A stretch of 64,000 nt of DNA from Clostridia bacterium (GTDB lineage: Bacteria; Bacillota; Clostridia; TANB77; CAG-465). The stretch covers positions 5,708-69,707 of the forward strand of contig JAZSRF010000045.1 of NCBI GenBank assembly GCA_045538335.1. The letters are read 5' to 3'. The translations under genes were made by a program, and so were the position numbers. Below are positions 61,148 to 64,000 of this stretch, one piece after another (positions within the stretch are counted from its first letter, which is position 1; each line of letters starts with the position of its first letter). The notes under the pieces are model-generated. The model saw nothing but the letters and a program-made list of their open reading frames with translations. It was not told where the DNA came from and made no database searches.

Positions 61148-61863
61148 AAATAATAATTGGACATTTATTTTATGATTTATTAAATCTTTATGGTGAAAAT
61201 GGTAATGTTTTAGCATTAGAAAAAGCTTTAACTTCACAAGGACTAGAAGTTGAAATTAAGTATTTAAGTATAGATAATGAACCTTGGAACTTAGATGAAT
61301 TGGATGTTGTTTACATGGGTGCTGGTACAGAACATAATCAATTACTTGTACTAAATACTCTTATGAAATATAAAGATGAGATTAATCAAATGGTTCTAAA
61401 TAACAAACTGTTTATTTGCACAGGAAATTCTATTGAATTATTTGGCAAACAAATAAGCCAAGATGAAAACGTCATTGAAACGCTTAATGTTTTTGATTAC
61501 ACAACCAAAAGAACAAAAGACAGAATAGTTTCTGAATGTGTGTTTAACTATAATGAATTAAAAGATAAAATTCTTGGTTTTGAGAACCATCAAGGAGAAA
61601 TTATTGGTATAGACGAACCGCTTTTTACAGTAGAAACAGGATATGGTTCAACAACAAATTCAATGCTTGAAGGATTTAAAAAAAATAACTTTTATGGTAC
61701 ATATTTAATAGGTCCTTTACTTGTTAGAAATCCAAAGTTGTTAGAAAAAATTTGTAAAGAATTAATCTTAAGTAAAGACGATAATTTTAATTTTAAAGAC
61801 TTTAATTTAAATTTAGAGCAAACTGCTCATGATAAATTTTTAACAAAATATAACAAAGGCTAG
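61144..61863 (+). CDS. gatD: lipid II isoglutaminyl synthase glutaminase subunit GatD (CobQ/CobB-type GATase)
   Basis: 4-nt overlap with murT. Carries a candidate GATase catalytic Cys at FICTGNS. Confidence 0.7.
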   Translation: MKIIIGHLFYDLLNLYGENGNVLALEKALTSQGLEVEIKYLSIDNEPWNLDELDVVYMGAGTEHNQLLVLNTLMKYKDEINQMVLNNKLFICTGNSIELFGKQISQDENVIETLNVFDYTTKRTKDRIVSECVFNYNELKDKILGFENHQGEIIGIDEPLFTVETGYGSTTNSMLEGFKKNNFYGTYLIGPLLVRNPKLLEKICKELILSKDDNFNFKDFNLNLEQTAHDKFLTKYNKG

Positions 61864-61876
61864 TCTTCTTATGAAG

Positions 61877-62746
61877 CTAGTCTTTGTACCATTCTAATAT
61901 ATTTTTGCTAATATGCAAATTATCTGAACCAACTTTTAATTTTATTTCTGGTTTGTTTACCCCGTGATAATCGCTACCACCAGAAATATATAAATTGTTT
62001 CTCTTAGCATATTCTTGTATTTCTAACATTTTGTCTAATGTAAAAGTAGAATGAAAAGCCTCTACTCCATCTAAGTCACACTCTTTTCTTAAATCTGTTA
62101 TCATATCTAAAATATTATCAAAAGAATATTGATATGGATGAGCTAAAAACGCCTTTCCTCCCGCCTTATGAATTAAATCTGTTATTTCCTTTGGTGTTGG
62201 TCTATATTTTGATACATCTACGTATATAGGATGGGCTGGATTACATATGCAGTTTCTAAATAAAAATCTTAAATTATCCAGTATCCCTTTTCCCAATATT
62301 TTCTCATTTTCTTCTTTATTTAATATTAATTTTCTATATACTGCTCTATCATAGCCACAATCGGTATCCAAAGAATTTATATCTATATGTATTCCTAATT
62401 TAGCTAGATTATTTATCAATTGCTCTTTACAATCCTTTATTCTTTGCTGTCTTTTCTCCTCACTATAATATTTACTTTTCCAGTCATTTATTAAATCTGT
62501 ATTAATTCTATATCCCAATATTTCAATTGTTCTACCTTTATATAGCGTTGTAAACTCACATCCCGGTATAATTTGGCCTTTAAATATTTTCTTAATATCT
62601 ATATTTTTTAAATCATCATAGCTTTTACATGTATCATGATCAGTTATTGAAATATATTCTAAATCTAATTCTTGACATTTCTTAAGTATTTCTTCTGGTG
62701 TGTCCGAACCATCCGAATTAGTTGTATGCATATGTAAATCTATCAT
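61877..62746 (-). CDS. PHP-domain metal-dependent phosphoesterase
   Basis: N-terminal IDLHMHTTNSDGS...ITDHD His/Asp motifs. Confidence 0.7.
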   Translation of the reverse strand: MIDLHMHTTNSDGSDTPEEILKKCQELDLEYISITDHDTCKSYDDLKNIDIKKIFKGQIIPGCEFTTLYKGRTIEILGYRINTDLINDWKSKYYSEEKRQQRIKDCKEQLINNLAKLGIHIDINSLDTDCGYDRAVYRKLILNKEENEKILGKGILDNLRFLFRNCICNPAHPIYVDVSKYRPTPKEITDLIHKAGGKAFLAHPYQYSFDNILDMITDLRKECDLDGVEAFHSTFTLDKMLEIQEYAKRNNLYISGGSDYHGVNKPEIKLKVGSDNLHISKNILEWYKD

Positions 62747-62816
62747 TTGTTTTCATCTCCGTTTGAAATTATATAATATAACTAAATTAATGTAAAGATA
62801 TTAATTTTATCTGTTA

Positions 62817-63713
62817 TTACACATCTTTCATTATTATTTCTATAAACTTACTTGCCGCATAATTTAATGTGTTGTTTTTTAAAGTTATTATTCCTAAATC
62901 CCTTGTTGGTATTTTAGGCGTTACTGCTATTTCATAAAGTTCTTTGTTTTTTAATTCTTGTTTTATAAACTCTTTTGTAACATAGCCTATTCCAAATCCT
63001 GCTTTAATAAATTCAATAACTAAATTATAACTAACTATTTCTATATCCGGCTTAAAATCAATACCATTTTTTTTCATATATTTATTTAAAAATGCCCTCG
63101 TATTAGAAGGTTCCTTCTGAGTTATTGTCTTGTATTTTAGAAGTTGTTCTAATGTGTATACTTTATCCTGTTTTTCTAGAAATTTCTCGCTACAAGCAAA
63201 TGAATCATGTAATTTTGCACACACCTTAACATCTAAATCTAAATAGTCTTTCATTGGCAAATTTGTAACTAAAAAATCTATATAGCCGTTTCTTAAATCT
63301 TTTATTAAATTAGGGGTGAGTTCGTTTGTAATCTCAATATCTATATTAGGATAAAGCCTATGAAATTCCTCTAAATAAGGCATCAAAAAATGTTTAGACA
63401 CCGTAGCGCTAGCACCTATATGGATTTTTCCTTCTTCCAACTGTATAAGTGAATTAAATTTGTTCTGTGCATTCTTTGCCTCTTCTAAAATATTTTTCAC
63501 ATATTCAAACAATACTTTGCCCTCTTCTGTAAGAATTACTCCTTTCTTTGTTCTAATAAACAAAGCTCCTCCTAAGCTGTTTTCAAGTTGTTTTATAGCC
63601 TTTGTAACAGCTGGTTGTGAAATATATAATCCTTCTGCTGCCTTTGTAATATTGCCTGTTATAGCAACACTATAAAATACTTTATATAAATTTAAATCTA
63701 TATCTGTTCCCAT
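62817..63713 (-). CDS. LysR-family transcriptional regulator
   Basis: N-terminal HTH LYKVFYSVAITGNITKAAEGLYISQPAVTKAIKQLE + LysR substrate-binding domain. Confidence 0.8.
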   Translation of the reverse strand: MGTDIDLNLYKVFYSVAITGNITKAAEGLYISQPAVTKAIKQLENSLGGALFIRTKKGVILTEEGKVLFEYVKNILEEAKNAQNKFNSLIQLEEGKIHIGASATVSKHFLMPYLEEFHRLYPNIDIEITNELTPNLIKDLRNGYIDFLVTNLPMKDYLDLDVKVCAKLHDSFACSEKFLEKQDKVYTLEQLLKYKTITQKEPSNTRAFLNKYMKKNGIDFKPDIEIVSYNLVIEFIKAGFGIGYVTKEFIKQELKNKELYEIAVTPKIPTRDLGIITLKNNTLNYAASKFIEIIMKDV

Positions 63714-64000
63714 AATATCACCATAGTAATTATATATTAGATTTGATATATTTTCAATATTGCCATAACAAAAAGTTATTGTTAATATGAATATTATGTA
63801 TTTGTGTTATCATTATGATGGTAATATAATATCTGTGGAGGTGATAAATATGCTGAAAAATAATTATTTGTCAGTAATGTTATTTCAATTGAGACTAAAA
63901 ATTAAATGTGACAGTACCCATGATTATTTAGAAGTTGATGATGAATATGTAGAACAAATAGAAAAGAGCATACAGCATATCTGTGAATTCGAGCCAGACA

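Noticed and set aside
63851-64000. Partial ORF at the window end (MLKNNYLSVMLFQLRLKIKCDSTHDYLEVDDEYVEQIEK...)
   Set aside because: Truncated after 50 codons and no recognisable family, so it was not reported as a feature.

Overview
Low-GC (roughly 28-30%) chromosomal window from a spore-forming Firmicute. Sporulation markers present are spmA/spmB, cwlD, a SpoVB-like flippase and a Spo0E-like small ORF. The core backbone runs gyrA (3' end) -> tatD -> walRK-like two-component system -> murD + PP-loop partner -> recR-ybaB-dnaX with a short SRP RNA upstream -> rpoC/rpoB (not preceded by rplL) -> spmAB -> two tRNA-Arg genes -> tadA, cwlD -> M16 peptidase pair, yqeY, tagO-like, LMW-PTP, spoVB-like -> murT/gatD, PHP hydrolase, LysR regulator. 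Three accessory regions stand out. (1) An ~8.25 kb integrated element (32248..40497) sits inside the anticodon loop of a tRNA-Arg(ACG) gene. The two halves of that tRNA lie 8.3 kb apart (32209..32247 and 40498..40544) and pair perfectly in the acceptor stem. The element carries its own intact tRNA-Arg(ACG), a frameshifted tyrosine integrase, a small excisionase-like HTH gene, iteron-like repeats, an HTH_36/replisome-organiser-like gene, and an AbiL/PARIS-like defence pair (ABC-type AAA_21 ATPase + RloB/Toprim-like protein). The ATPase is interrupted by a single in-frame TAA. (2) A GC-rich (~40-50%) island lies between gyrA and tatD. It encodes a 526-aa polytopic membrane protein flanked by two paralogous small proteins, one of which is an internal tandem duplication. 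(3) A Tad/Flp-like cluster (TadB-like membrane protein, CpaF ATPase, CpaE/TadZ-like ATPase with a VirB4-type P-loop) is fused in one operon with an additional VirB4/HerA-like (AAA_10) ATPase, and no pilin is evident. Also noted: a MurD(2)/PP-loop (MurL-like) pair, MurT/GatD, a RelE/ParE TA pair, a duplicated small gene plus terminator module, and a candidate sRNA with a perfect terminator hairpin. Protein and product identities are from motif-level reading of the supplied translations, with no database searches run. ORF coordinates include the stop codon.
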